A DNA stretch of 52,515 bases. Source: a virus. The first letter of the stretch is position 1. Each line of letters begins with the position of its first letter. This document shows positions 7,384 through 15,080 of the stretch, in pieces. The stretch is taken from IMG/VR virus record IMGVR_UViG_3300045988_128440; one strand, 5' to 3'. The notes beneath the pieces were generated by a model. The model was not told where the DNA came from, made no database searches, and saw only the letters and a list, made by a program, of their open reading frames with translations. Made by a program: the position numbers and the translations under genes.

Positions 7384-8588
7384 TACTAAAAATCAACAAT
7401 TAGCATTTGAAAAATTATCTAAATTAAAGGTAGGTGCATTGTTCCTTTGAAATGGGAACAGGCAAAACCAAAGTAGCATTAGATTTAATCAATTCTAAAT
7501 CAAATAAAATTGATTATATTCTTTGGATATGTCCGTTCTCTATTAAGAACGAAATTATAAAGGAGCGTGATAAATGGTATCCAGCAATGAAAATAGATGT
7601 TGTAGGATGTGAAACAATAGGCTCTAGTGATAGAACTTATTTAGAAATCTTGAAAAAGGTTGCTACAAGCAAAACATTTATAGTTGTTGATGAAAGCCTG
7701 AAAATAAAAAATATCAATGCAAAGCGTACAAGAAGAATAATAGAATTTGGTGGATATGCTCAATATAAGTTGATATTGAACGGAACACCAATAACAAAGA
7801 ATGTTATTGATCTATGGGCGCAAATGGAATTTTTAAGTCCTAAAATATTGAAAATGTCTTTTAATCAATTCAAAAATACTTATTGTGAGTATTACATAAG
7901 AGGAAGATTGAAAGGCATGGTTAAGAAGCAACACAACATAGAACATTTAATATCATTAATAGAGCCTTATATCTTTGATTGTGATTTAGATATAGAAGCA
8001 AAGAAAATGTATTATAACTATTTCTATGATGTTGATATGTTTCAATATTCAAGCCTTAAAAATGAATTGTTAGAGTGCATAACAAATATAGATTTCTTTG
8101 TATTAACAACAAAGCTACAACAATTCTATACAACGTATAAAGAAGAAATGCTAAAAGAGTTGTTAGGACAAATAAACGATCAAGTTATTATATTTGTTAA
8201 ATATCTTGATAGCATACCAGCAGGAGCAAATAAAATTGTAGGAGATATGAACACAAAGGAAAGAAAACAAGTGATAGATAAATTTGAAAGAGGTGATTTT
8301 AAAGAGTTATATATCACTTATGGTTGTGGTTCATATGGTTTAAATCTTCAATTTTGTAGAAATATTATATTTGCTGAACATTGCTTTGATTATTCCCAAA
8401 GAATACAAGCTGAAGCAAGAATATATAGAATAGGTCAAAATTATGATGTTAATTATTATAACTTGTGGTGCAATGTTGGGTTAGAAAAAATGATACAAAG
8501 TTCATTAAATAAGAAATCAAACTTATTAAATGAAATAAAAAAAGAGATAGATAAGAAAGGAGAAAACAATTTAAAGAAATTGTTGTAA
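7376..8588 (+). CDS. SNF2/DEAD-like helicase; 5' segment (7376-7447) is out of frame by +1 with the body (7449-8588)
   Basis: MFNTKNQQLAFEKLSKLKVGALFL then TGA. Skipping t7448 gives ..GALFLEMGTGKT (Walker A), DESL, LNGTP and a C-terminal helicase domain. The track ORF 7434..8588 lacks a normal N-terminus. Confidence 0.7.
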
Positions 8589-8594
8589 TGATTT

Positions 8595-9248
8595 ATGAAT
8601 GAAACATTAAAAAAAGAACTTGAAAGGATTGATCAATTACCTATTGAAGATAAGGTTAAAGAAATCAATGAATTAAAGAAAGGAATTAAAAAGATTAGTC
8701 CGTTTGTAAAAGAGCCTGTTGATTGTGTTATTTGGGTTAAAAGTGATGAAGTAGTAGCAAATGAATATAACCCTAACCATGTAGCACCTCCTGAAATGGA
8801 ATTGTTGCATACATCAATTAAAGAAGATGGATATACACAACCTATAGTAGTTTATCAACATGACGGAAAATATGAAGTTGTTGATGGTTTCCATAGAAAC
8901 AGGGTTGGTAAGGAATACAAAGATATTAATGAAAGAATTAAAGGTTATTTGCCAGTTGTAGTTATTAATGAAGATGTAGCTGACAAGGGGCAAAGAATAG
9001 CAAGTACAATTAGACACAATAGAGCAAGAGGAAAACACCAAGTAGAAGCAATGAGCGACATTGTTCTTGATTTAAGAAAGAGAAATTGGAGCAATGAAAA
9101 AATAGCTAAAAAATTAGGTATGGACGCTGACGAAGTTTTAAGACTAGCACAAATTACAGGACTTGCCGAAATGTTTGCGGATAAAGATTTTAATGAAGCT
9201 TGGGAATGTGATTTAGAGGAAGAAGAGTTAATAAATGAAGATGAATAG
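8595..9248 (+). CDS. ParB/Srx-fold protein, IbrB-like
   Basis: ANEYNPNHVAPPEMELLHTSIKEDGYTQPIVV..VVDGFHRNRV plus a C-terminal HTH-like segment IAKKLGMDADEVLRL. Confidence 0.7.
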   Translation: MNETLKKELERIDQLPIEDKVKEINELKKGIKKISPFVKEPVDCVIWVKSDEVVANEYNPNHVAPPEMELLHTSIKEDGYTQPIVVYQHDGKYEVVDGFHRNRVGKEYKDINERIKGYLPVVVINEDVADKGQRIASTIRHNRARGKHQVEAMSDIVLDLRKRNWSNEKIAKKLGMDADEVLRLAQITGLAEMFADKDFNEAWECDLEEEELINEDE

Positions 9249-9627
9249 AATATATCACCCATATTGGTTATGGGAGGACTATTTGCATAGAATGTATGAA
9301 ACACCATTGAAAAGTAAAATAAATGGTATTGATGAAGAAGAAAGACTATTGAAAGTTGTTGAGTGTTTAGGTAATGAAAAGACTTGTTATAAATATATGA
9401 AATTGGTTATTGATCAATGGAAATATGCTTGTGAATATAGATTAACTAATAAATCTTTGAATAGGATAGCATGGCTTGGTCAATGTGCTTGTTGTTTGTA
9501 TGGTGGAATAAAGCAAGATGAAACTAAAAAAGCATGGCATTTATTAAGTGAAGAACAACAACAAAAAGCTAATGAAATAGCAAGAAAATTAATTGAAGAA
9601 TGGGAGGTTGAACACTTTGGACAATAG
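9235..9627 (+). CDS. hypothetical Cys-rich protein between the ParB-like and PP-loop genes
   Basis: 130-aa ORF overlapping both neighbours; contains NRIAWLGQCACCLYGG. Confidence 0.7.
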   Translation: MKMNRIYHPYWLWEDYLHRMYETPLKSKINGIDEEERLLKVVECLGNEKTCYKYMKLVIDQWKYACEYRLTNKSLNRIAWLGQCACCLYGGIKQDETKKAWHLLSEEQQQKANEIARKLIEEWEVEHFGQ

Positions 9628-10843
9628 AAGATATTTAGGTATTGATGTATTAACAGCTTCAAAAGAAAGAATTAAATGGGCATTTGATAATTTTGAAAAG
9701 ATATGTATTTCCTTTAGTGGGGGAAAAGATAGTACAGTAATGACACACCTAGTCATGGAAGAAGCAAAAAAAAGAAATAGAAAGGTAGCGTTGCTATTTA
9801 TTGATTGGGAAATCCAATATAAATTAACTATTGAACACGTACAACATATCTATGATATGTATAAAGATTATATTATTCCTTATTGGGTAGCATTACCGCT
9901 ATTAACCGATAATGCTTGTAGTATGTATGAGCCTGAATGGATTTCATGGGATAAAGCAAAAGAAAATCTATGGACTAGAAAACCACCTAAAATAGCAATT
10001 ACTGATGAAAACTATTTCCCATTTTACTATTATAAAATCACGTTTGAGGAATTTGTTCCATTGTTTGGTGAATGGTATGGAGAGGGAAAAAGTACAGCTT
10101 GTTTTGTAGGAATTAGAACAAGAGAAAGTTTAAACCGATATAGAGCATTAACAAACAAAAAGAAAAACAAGTATAAAGATAAAATGTTTACTACTTGTGT
10201 AACTGATAATGTTTATAATGTCTATCCTATCTATGATTGGAGCGCTGAAGATGATTGGAAATACTTTGGAAAGACAAAGAAACCATATAATAAATTGTAT
10301 GATCGTTTCTTTCAAGCTGGATTAACATTACATCAAATGAGAGTTGATGAACCATTTGGAGATACAACAAGAAGAAGTTTATGGCTATACCAAATTATTG
10401 AGCCTGAAACATGGGGAAAGATGGTATTAAGAGTTAATGGAGCAAATAGCGGTAGCTTGTATTCAAGAGATAATGGAAACATTTTAGGAAATAGAAGTAT
10501 TACATTGCCAAAAGGTCATACATGGCAAAGTTTCTCTAATTTCTTATTAGATACAATGCCAAAGAAAACAGCGGAACACTATAAAACAAAAATAGCTGTT
10601 TATATTAAATGGTATATGAATAGAGGCTATGTTGATGGAATACCTGATGAAGTAGACAAACAAATGGAAAAACAAAATGATGTACCATCATGGAGAAGAA
10701 TATGCCAAACGTTATTAAGAAATGATTATTGGTGTAAAGGTCTTGGATTTAGTCCAACAAAACAAAGTGCCTATAATCAATATTTAGAACGAATGAAGAA
10801 AAAAAGAAAAGAATGGGATATATATGGAGATGTAGAAGAATGA
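9593..10843 (+). CDS. PAPS-reductase-family PP-loop ATPase, IbrA/DndC-like
   Basis: ISFSGGKDSTVM PP-loop motif plus a long C-terminal extension. The likely start is TTG 9617, after GGGAGG. TGA is followed directly by TAA. Confidence 0.75.
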   Translation: MKNGRLNTLDNRRYLGIDVLTASKERIKWAFDNFEKICISFSGGKDSTVMTHLVMEEAKKRNRKVALLFIDWEIQYKLTIEHVQHIYDMYKDYIIPYWVALPLLTDNACSMYEPEWISWDKAKENLWTRKPPKIAITDENYFPFYYYKITFEEFVPLFGEWYGEGKSTACFVGIRTRESLNRYRALTNKKKNKYKDKMFTTCVTDNVYNVYPIYDWSAEDDWKYFGKTKKPYNKLYDRFFQAGLTLHQMRVDEPFGDTTRRSLWLYQIIEPETWGKMVLRVNGANSGSLYSRDNGNILGNRSITLPKGHTWQSFSNFLLDTMPKKTAEHYKTKIAVYIKWYMNRGYVDGIPDEVDKQMEKQNDVPSWRRICQTLLRNDYWCKGLGFSPTKQSAYNQYLERMKKKRKEWDIYGDVEE

Positions 10844-11238
10844 TAAAAATAATGAGTGAAAAAGAATATAATTTCTTCTTTCTAATGGGGAAATTCTTTG
10901 CAAATAGAAAATTTATAAAAGAAATGGATTGTCAACTTTATAGCAATGAAGATATGTTATGGTATATCTATTTCAATAAAGAGGGTAAAATTTGTGGCTT
11001 TGCTTCATTAGAAGATAATGAAAAATATTCTATGTTAGATAACTTTCTAGTGCTAGAAGAATATAGAAATAAAGGTATAGGCAAAGAAATTTTAGATCAT
11101 ATCGTTAATGATGTAATTGAAAAAGATATTAGATTAATTTCAAGAAATCCAATAGCAATTAAAATGTTTAAAGAGCGTGGTTTTGAGATTACAGGACATA
11201 ACGGAAGATATGAAAAGATGATAAAGAAGATTAAATAA
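10840..11238 (+). CDS. GNAT-family N-acetyltransferase
   Basis: LVLEEYRNKGIGKEILDHIV (acetyl-CoA motif A-like). ATGA overlaps the upstream stop. The track ORF start at 10813 is probably too early. Confidence 0.7.
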   Translation: MIKIMSEKEYNFFFLMGKFFANRKFIKEMDCQLYSNEDMLWYIYFNKEGKICGFASLEDNEKYSMLDNFLVLEEYRNKGIGKEILDHIVNDVIEKDIRLISRNPIAIKMFKERGFEITGHNGRYEKMIKKIK

Positions 11239-11243
11239 AACGC

Positions 11244-11256
11244 TTCAAATAGTGAA
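11244..11256 (+). repeat. motif variant TTCAAATAGTGAA
   Basis: One mismatch; merges into SD AAAGGAG; 13 nt before ATG 11270. Confidence 0.7.
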
Positions 11257-11269
11257 AGGAGAAAGAAAT

Positions 11270-11527
11270 ATGGAAACAGTTAAAGTTAAAAAAAGTGAAG
11301 TAGAAGAGGTTATTAGACTATTGAAAAAATGGGAAAGAAGTATGGACAGTGATTATTATGCTTTAGCTTTAATAAGTATAAAACCTGTAGGCTATTACAA
11401 AATTGATAACATTGATATTGTAAGAATTATTTGTACTTGTATGAATAGATTTGGCTATTATTCAAAAGGAATTAACGCACGTATCTATTCGTTATTATCA
11501 TTCTATGGTATTGATGTGGAGGAATAG
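11270..11527 (+). CDS. hypothetical protein
   Basis: ATG after AAAGGAGAAAG. Translation METVKVKKSEVEEVIRLLKK.. Confidence 0.7.
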   Translation: METVKVKKSEVEEVIRLLKKWERSMDSDYYALALISIKPVGYYKIDNIDIVRIICTCMNRFGYYSKGINARIYSLLSFYGIDVEE

Positions 11528-11531
11528 AAAG

Positions 11532-11831
11532 ATGAATAAATATGATACTGCTTTATATAGAATAAGAGGTTTAATTTTAGAAAACGGAAAAATCGTGGAA
11601 AACTTTTCTACTAGTGATGTTAAAACATTACAAGAACTTGTAGATAAAGAAACACCAAAGAAAATTTTAGAAGTATCAAAAGAAGAATATGAATTAAGTG
11701 GTTATAAGTATTGTTGCCCAATTTGTGGTCAATTAGTTGGAACTATTACAAAAGATGGAAATATTGAGCCTGATGATTATTGTTGCTCTTGCGGACAAAA
11801 GCTAGATTGGAGGGTTAAAGATGATGAATAA
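11532..11831 (+). CDS. hypothetical zinc-ribbon protein
   Basis: ATG after GGAGGAATAG; contains CCPICGQ..CCSCGQ. The track ORF start at 11451 overlaps the previous gene and is unlikely. Confidence 0.7.
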   Translation: MNKYDTALYRIRGLILENGKIVENFSTSDVKTLQELVDKETPKKILEVSKEEYELSGYKYCCPICGQLVGTITKDGNIEPDDYCCSCGQKLDWRVKDDE

Positions 11832-12237
11832 ATATCAAGAAGCACTAAACACATTAAAAGCAAGTGATATTAAATTATGCGTTTATAAAGAACAAGAGAA
11901 TGTCATAGAAGAACATCAACCAACAATATTTGACTTCTACCATAGTGAAATATTCGCTTTACAAGAATTGATTAATAAATGTTATCAATTAGAAAAAGAT
12001 AATGAATTATTAAAAATAGTACGAAAAGGACAAGAAAATAGGATTATTCAATTAAATAAAGCGCTTGATAAAGTGTGTAGAATTTATGATGAAGAAGTAC
12101 GCGATTGCAATTTCTTCATGATAAAAAATGATATTTGTAATAAAAAGTGCAGACATTGTGACCAAGAAGAAAGAGTTAAATTAATGAAAGAGTGGGTGAT
12201 GAAAAATGAAACCGATAGTTCGAAAATTAAATTATGA
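11821..12237 (+). CDS. hypothetical protein
   Basis: 138-aa ORF; its start overlaps the previous stop. Confidence 0.7.
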   Translation: MMNKYQEALNTLKASDIKLCVYKEQENVIEEHQPTIFDFYHSEIFALQELINKCYQLEKDNELLKIVRKGQENRIIQLNKALDKVCRIYDEEVRDCNFFMIKNDICNKKCRHCDQEERVKLMKEWVMKNETDSSKIKL

Positions 12238-12658
12238 GGGTGGTGAAAACTATTACTGTCCTAAATGTCATAAAATGGTATTTCAAAGTTGGGAAACATG
12301 CCATTTTTGTGATGTTCCGTTAAATTGGCAAAAATTAAATCTATCAAATTTTGAAATAGATATTATGATGAAAGACTTTGTAGAAAAAGTAAACATATTA
12401 TGTAGGGCAATATTCTTTGACCCTCGAAAAATGAAGAAAAATCAAAAGGTATTTGAATATGTCCATAATCTCTATTGTACTAGTGATGAATATGATTTAG
12501 AACTCATGGACGAATTAGCCGAAGAGGGTTATATGTATGTGACGGATAAAATTAAAACACATTATCATTGGGTATCACCTAAAGGCTTTAATTTATTAAG
12601 TAAGATTTACAAAATTGAATTTGAAAAGAAAGAGGTGAAGAATAATGACATCATATGA
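12206..12658 (+). CDS. hypothetical zinc-ribbon protein
   Basis: 150 aa; CPKCHK..CHFCD near the N-terminus. Confidence 0.7.
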   Translation: MKPIVRKLNYEGGENYYCPKCHKMVFQSWETCHFCDVPLNWQKLNLSNFEIDIMMKDFVEKVNILCRAIFFDPRKMKKNQKVFEYVHNLYCTSDEYDLELMDELAEEGYMYVTDKIKTHYHWVSPKGFNLLSKIYKIEFEKKEVKNNDII

Positions 12659-12743
12659 TAACGTACTTGCTTTTAGAAATTATGTAGCTTATGTAACATC
12701 ACATAGAGCGGTAGTTAAGAGAAAGAAAAGAGGTAAAAGATAA
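12645..12743 (+). CDS. small basic protein (32 aa)
   Basis: RBS AAGAGGTGAAG then ATG. Its stop overlaps the next start (TAATG). Confidence 0.4.
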   Translation: MTSYDNVLAFRNYVAYVTSHRAVVKRKKRGKR

Positions 12744-12886
12744 TGAACACTAAAACAGCAATAGTAACAATAAATATAGCAACGCTTATAGCTACAGTAT
12801 ATTTAATTTGTCATTTTAATAATTGGTTATGGGTGTTGTTTTATGTGGTATTTCATGTGTACGAAAGCAAAGAATATGGAGAGTAA
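12743..12886 (+). CDS. small membrane protein (47 aa)
   Basis: MNTKTAIVTINIATLIATVYLICHFNNWLWVLFYVVF.. gives two hydrophobic segments. RBS AAGAGG. Confidence 0.45.
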   Translation: MNTKTAIVTINIATLIATVYLICHFNNWLWVLFYVVFHVYESKEYGE

Positions 12887-12888
12887 TT

Positions 12889-13134
12889 ATGAAACAAACA
12901 TATAGTATTTTACAAAGAGAAGTAAATAAAAGTACAGGTCAAATAGCTGTTAGAGTGTGCAAAAAAGGTACACAAGATTTTATTAGCGAAAGCTTAAATT
13001 ATTGCAAGTTAAGAAGTATCTTCAATGAAGAATTAACTTATTATCTTGTAAAGCAAGAAAATGAGAAAGAAGCTATTAAGAAATTAAAAAATAGAGTTAT
13101 TAAGAAAGATGATCTATACGTTGAGATTAGATAA
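12889..13134 (+). CDS. hypothetical protein
   Basis: ATG after ATGGAGAG. The N-terminal 22 codons of the track ORF overlap the previous small gene. Confidence 0.65.
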   Translation: MKQTYSILQREVNKSTGQIAVRVCKKGTQDFISESLNYCKLRSIFNEELTYYLVKQENEKEAIKKLKNRVIKKDDLYVEIR

Positions 13135-13145
13135 GGAGAAACAAA

Positions 13146-13295
13146 ATGGAATTAAAGAAATTGAAGCATGAATACTTTAAGAGTGCTTTGGCATTGTGTG
13201 ATTTTGTGAATAAAAAAGGCATTAAAAAAGAGGATATAGTTGAAATAATTAATATAAAAGGTATATACCCTTTCTCTATGTTTTATTATGAATAG
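13146..13295 (+). CDS. hypothetical protein (49 aa)
   Basis: RBS AAGGAGAAAC then ATG. Translation MELKKLKHEYFKSALALCDF.. Confidence 0.5.
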   Translation: MELKKLKHEYFKSALALCDFVNKKGIKKEDIVEIINIKGIYPFSMFYYE

Positions 13296-13305
13296 GAGAA
13301 ATAAC

Positions 13306-13485
13306 ATGGAACGTATAGAGGAAATAGAAAGTGCTATCAATCTAATTAATACAATATTAAGAAGTAGTAATTTGACATTAACAGTTAAAGAACGCAAAGG
13401 AAAACACTTTCCTGTAATTGTTGATGAAATCAATAAAAAAGAATATGTAATTATCAAAAAAGAGGAAAAGAACAATGGAAATTAA
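13306..13485 (+). CDS. hypothetical protein (59 aa)
   Basis: ATG after TAGGAGAA. Translation MERIEEIESAINLINT.. Confidence 0.6.
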   Translation: MERIEEIESAINLINTILRSSNLTLTVKERKGKHFPVIVDEINKKEYVIIKKEEKNNGN

Positions 13486-13975
13486 AGAACAATTAACACA
13501 AATGTTTTTAATGCAAGAAACATTAAATCAAAATATTTTAAAAGAGTTCGGTCAAGATAGCATGACCAAAGAAAAATTACAGTTAGCTATTATTGACGAA
13601 TTAGGAGAACTAACACATGAATTAAAAGGTAATTGGTGCTGGTGGAAGAAAACACAAAAGCCTGTTGATAGAAAGCGTGTATTAGAAGAATTAGTAGACG
13701 TTTATCACTTTGTTATGATATGGGAAATGTTTAAACGTGTCGAATATAAAATTGAATATATTTTAAAGGCATACGCAATTGAAATATTAATGTTTGGTAA
13801 AAACGTAGAAAATGAAACGTTAGATTATATCATTTGTAGAATGGAACTAGATAAGCATAAATTAGATTGGTTGTTGAAACTAACCGAACAATTAGGTTTC
13901 TCATTTGATGAAGTATATCAAGAATATCTAAATAAGAATAAAATCAATTATGAAAGGCTAAAAAATGGATATTAA
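13475..13975 (+). CDS. all-alpha NTP pyrophosphatase, dimeric dUTPase (dUTPase_2)/MazG-like
   Basis: FLMQETLNQNI..IIDELGELTHELKGNWCWWKK..LEELVDVYHFVM matches the dimeric dUTPase pattern by eye. Confidence 0.5.
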   Translation: MEIKEQLTQMFLMQETLNQNILKEFGQDSMTKEKLQLAIIDELGELTHELKGNWCWWKKTQKPVDRKRVLEELVDVYHFVMIWEMFKRVEYKIEYILKAYAIEILMFGKNVENETLDYIICRMELDKHKLDWLLKLTEQLGFSFDEVYQEYLNKNKINYERLKNGY

Positions 13976-13977
13976 AA

Positions 13978-14118
13978 ATGGAAATCTTATTAACTATTCT
14001 AGGCTTGTATGGTGTAGGCTCGTTAATGATTATTATTTGGTTAGAAACAAAATATAGAGAATTTATGATGGGAGAGAAAAGCAATGGAAAAAGTGGAGAT
14101 AATGAAAGAGTTGATTGA
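13978..14118 (+). CDS. small membrane protein (46 aa)
   Basis: MEILLTILGLYGVGSLMIIIWLE.. is a single TM segment. Confidence 0.4.
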   Translation: MEILLTILGLYGVGSLMIIIWLETKYREFMMGEKSNGKSGDNERVD

Positions 14119-14221
14119 TCGCTATGAACAACTAAAATCAATGAAAGGTTGTAAAAGCGCTCATGATACAGTTGAATTATATATTAAGAAGCTAGAGTTA
14201 AAACTAAAGGAATTATTATAG
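14084..14221 (+). CDS. hypothetical protein (45 aa)
   Basis: MEKVEIMKELIDRYEQLKSMKG..; overlaps the previous small ORF. Confidence 0.35.
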   Translation: MEKVEIMKELIDRYEQLKSMKGCKSAHDTVELYIKKLELKLKELL

Positions 14222-14236
14222 GTATTACCTTAATGC

Positions 14237-14249
14237 TTCAAATAATAAA
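14237..14249 (+). repeat. motif variant TTCAAATAATAAA
   Basis: One mismatch. In this copy TTCAAA-N17-TAGAAT, with TG upstream, could itself act as a promoter. Confidence 0.7.
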
Positions 14250-14285
14250 TTTAGTATGTTAGAATGAACAAAAAGGAGTGGTATT

Positions 14286-14459
14286 GTGACGGAAGCACAA
14301 AGAAAAGCGTCAAAGAAATATAACGAGAAAAACACAAAGATATACCCTATAAAGGTAAATTTAAAAACCGAAAAGGATATATACGATAAATTAGAAAGTG
14401 TTGATAATGTAAATGGTTATATTAAACAGTTAATTAGAAAAGACATTGAGAACTCATAA
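14286..14459 (+). CDS. ribbon-helix-helix-like small protein (57 aa)
   Basis: GTG after AAAGGAGTGG. Translation MTEAQRKASKKYNEKNTKIYPIKVNLKTEKDIYDKLESV..YIKQLIRKDI. Confidence 0.5.
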   Translation: MTEAQRKASKKYNEKNTKIYPIKVNLKTEKDIYDKLESVDNVNGYIKQLIRKDIENS

Positions 14460-14474
14460 AAGAGTTCTTTTTTT
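14449..14474 (+). terminator. intrinsic terminator (agaactc/gagttct family)
   Basis: Stem agaactc/gagttct, loop ataaaa, then a T-run. Confidence 0.7.
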
Positions 14475-14508
14475 AATGAAAAAAATTGAAAAATATTATT
14501 GTAAAATA

Positions 14509-14537
14509 TTGACATTTATATGTAATACATATATAAT
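14509..14537 (+). promoter_or_regulatory. consensus promoter TTGACA-N17-TATAAT with palindromic spacer
   Basis: Identical core to 5418..5446; A-rich UP region aaaaattgaaaaatattattgtaaaata upstream. Confidence 0.75.
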
Positions 14538-14566
14538 ATAGATGTAAGGTAAAGGAGATAAGAAAA

Positions 14567-14764
14567 ATGTGGGATTATAAAGGAATTAAAGAAAGATTTG
14601 ATCAATTACAAAATGCTAGTGATAGCATTAAATATAGATGGTTGAAAAACCTAGATAAATTAATTTCTATTGAAATTGATGAAGCTGAAACTAGAGAACA
14701 AATTAATACACTTCTAACCTATAGAAGAAAAACAAGATTAGCTTTAAAAAAGTTAGTCGCATAA
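14567..14764 (+). CDS. hypothetical protein
   Basis: 65-aa ORF with RBS AAAGGAGA. Confidence 0.7.
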   Translation: MWDYKGIKERFDQLQNASDSIKYRWLKNLDKLISIEIDEAETREQINTLLTYRRKTRLALKKLVA

Positions 14765-14768
14765 TAAA

Positions 14769-14794
14769 AAGTGAAGCGATAACACTTACAACAC
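14769..14794 (+). repeat. 26-nt conserved inter-ORF element (copy 2 of 2)
   Basis: aagtgaagcgataacacttacaacac; see 5825..5850. Confidence 0.7.
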
Positions 14795-14826
14795 TAACTT
14801 AAATAGAAAGATAGAGGAAAAGAAAA

Positions 14827-15006
14827 ATGGATATTAGTTACGAAATTATCAAACAATTAGAAAAAAAGTTTTATGAAATCCTTTATGAAAAAGGATATGA
14901 TGCAATATCTTTTTTAAAAAAAGTAAAAGTAAATGCTCAATATTTAAATACAATTGGGCATAAGGTAAAATTTTATGGAAGCTTTAAAGAAGCTTTACCT
15001 CCATAG
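14827..15006 (+). CDS. hypothetical protein (59 aa)
   Basis: RBS AGAGGAAAAG then ATG. Translation MDISYEIIKQLEKKFYEILYEKGYD.. Confidence 0.55.
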   Translation: MDISYEIIKQLEKKFYEILYEKGYDAISFLKKVKVNAQYLNTIGHKVKFYGSFKEALPP

Positions 15007-15012
15007 CAATTA

Positions 15013-15037
15013 AGAACTCAAAGAGAGTTCTTTTTTT
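15013..15037 (+). terminator. intrinsic terminator (agaactc/gagttct family)
   Basis: Stem agaactc/gagttct plus T7. Confidence 0.7.
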
Positions 15038-15046
15038 ATAAATAGA

Positions 15047-15074
15047 TTGAATTTTATAATAAATGTGATATTAT
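15047..15074 (+). promoter_or_regulatory. promoter TTGAAT-N16-TGaTATTAT (extended -10)
   Basis: -35 at 15047-15052; TG at 15066-15067; -10 at 15069-15074. Confidence 0.45.
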
Positions 15075-15080
15075 ATTAGT

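Noticed and set aside
6738-7448. Group I intron carrying the HNH endonuclease ORF within the helicase gene.
   Set aside because: Helicase copy A and the helicase body share a reading frame, which is suggestive. However, no splice boundary I tried gives ..GALF-(x)-EMGTGKT with a U at the exon end and a G at the intron end. I could not identify conserved P/Q/R/S-type pairings by eye, and the cassette has its own promoter and RBS. The question is left open inside the homing-endonuclease finding rather than called as a feature.
10813-10839. The N-terminal extensions in the ORF-track coordinates of several genes (10813, 11252, 11451, 12823, 13288, 18208, 20191, 20862, 21644, 22424, 25315, 28787, 29049, 37247, 46931, 48419).
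   Set aside because: The extensions overlap the upstream gene or lack an SD. An internal ATG or GTG preceded by a strong AGGAGG-like site at 6-10 nt is a better start, so adjusted starts are reported instead.
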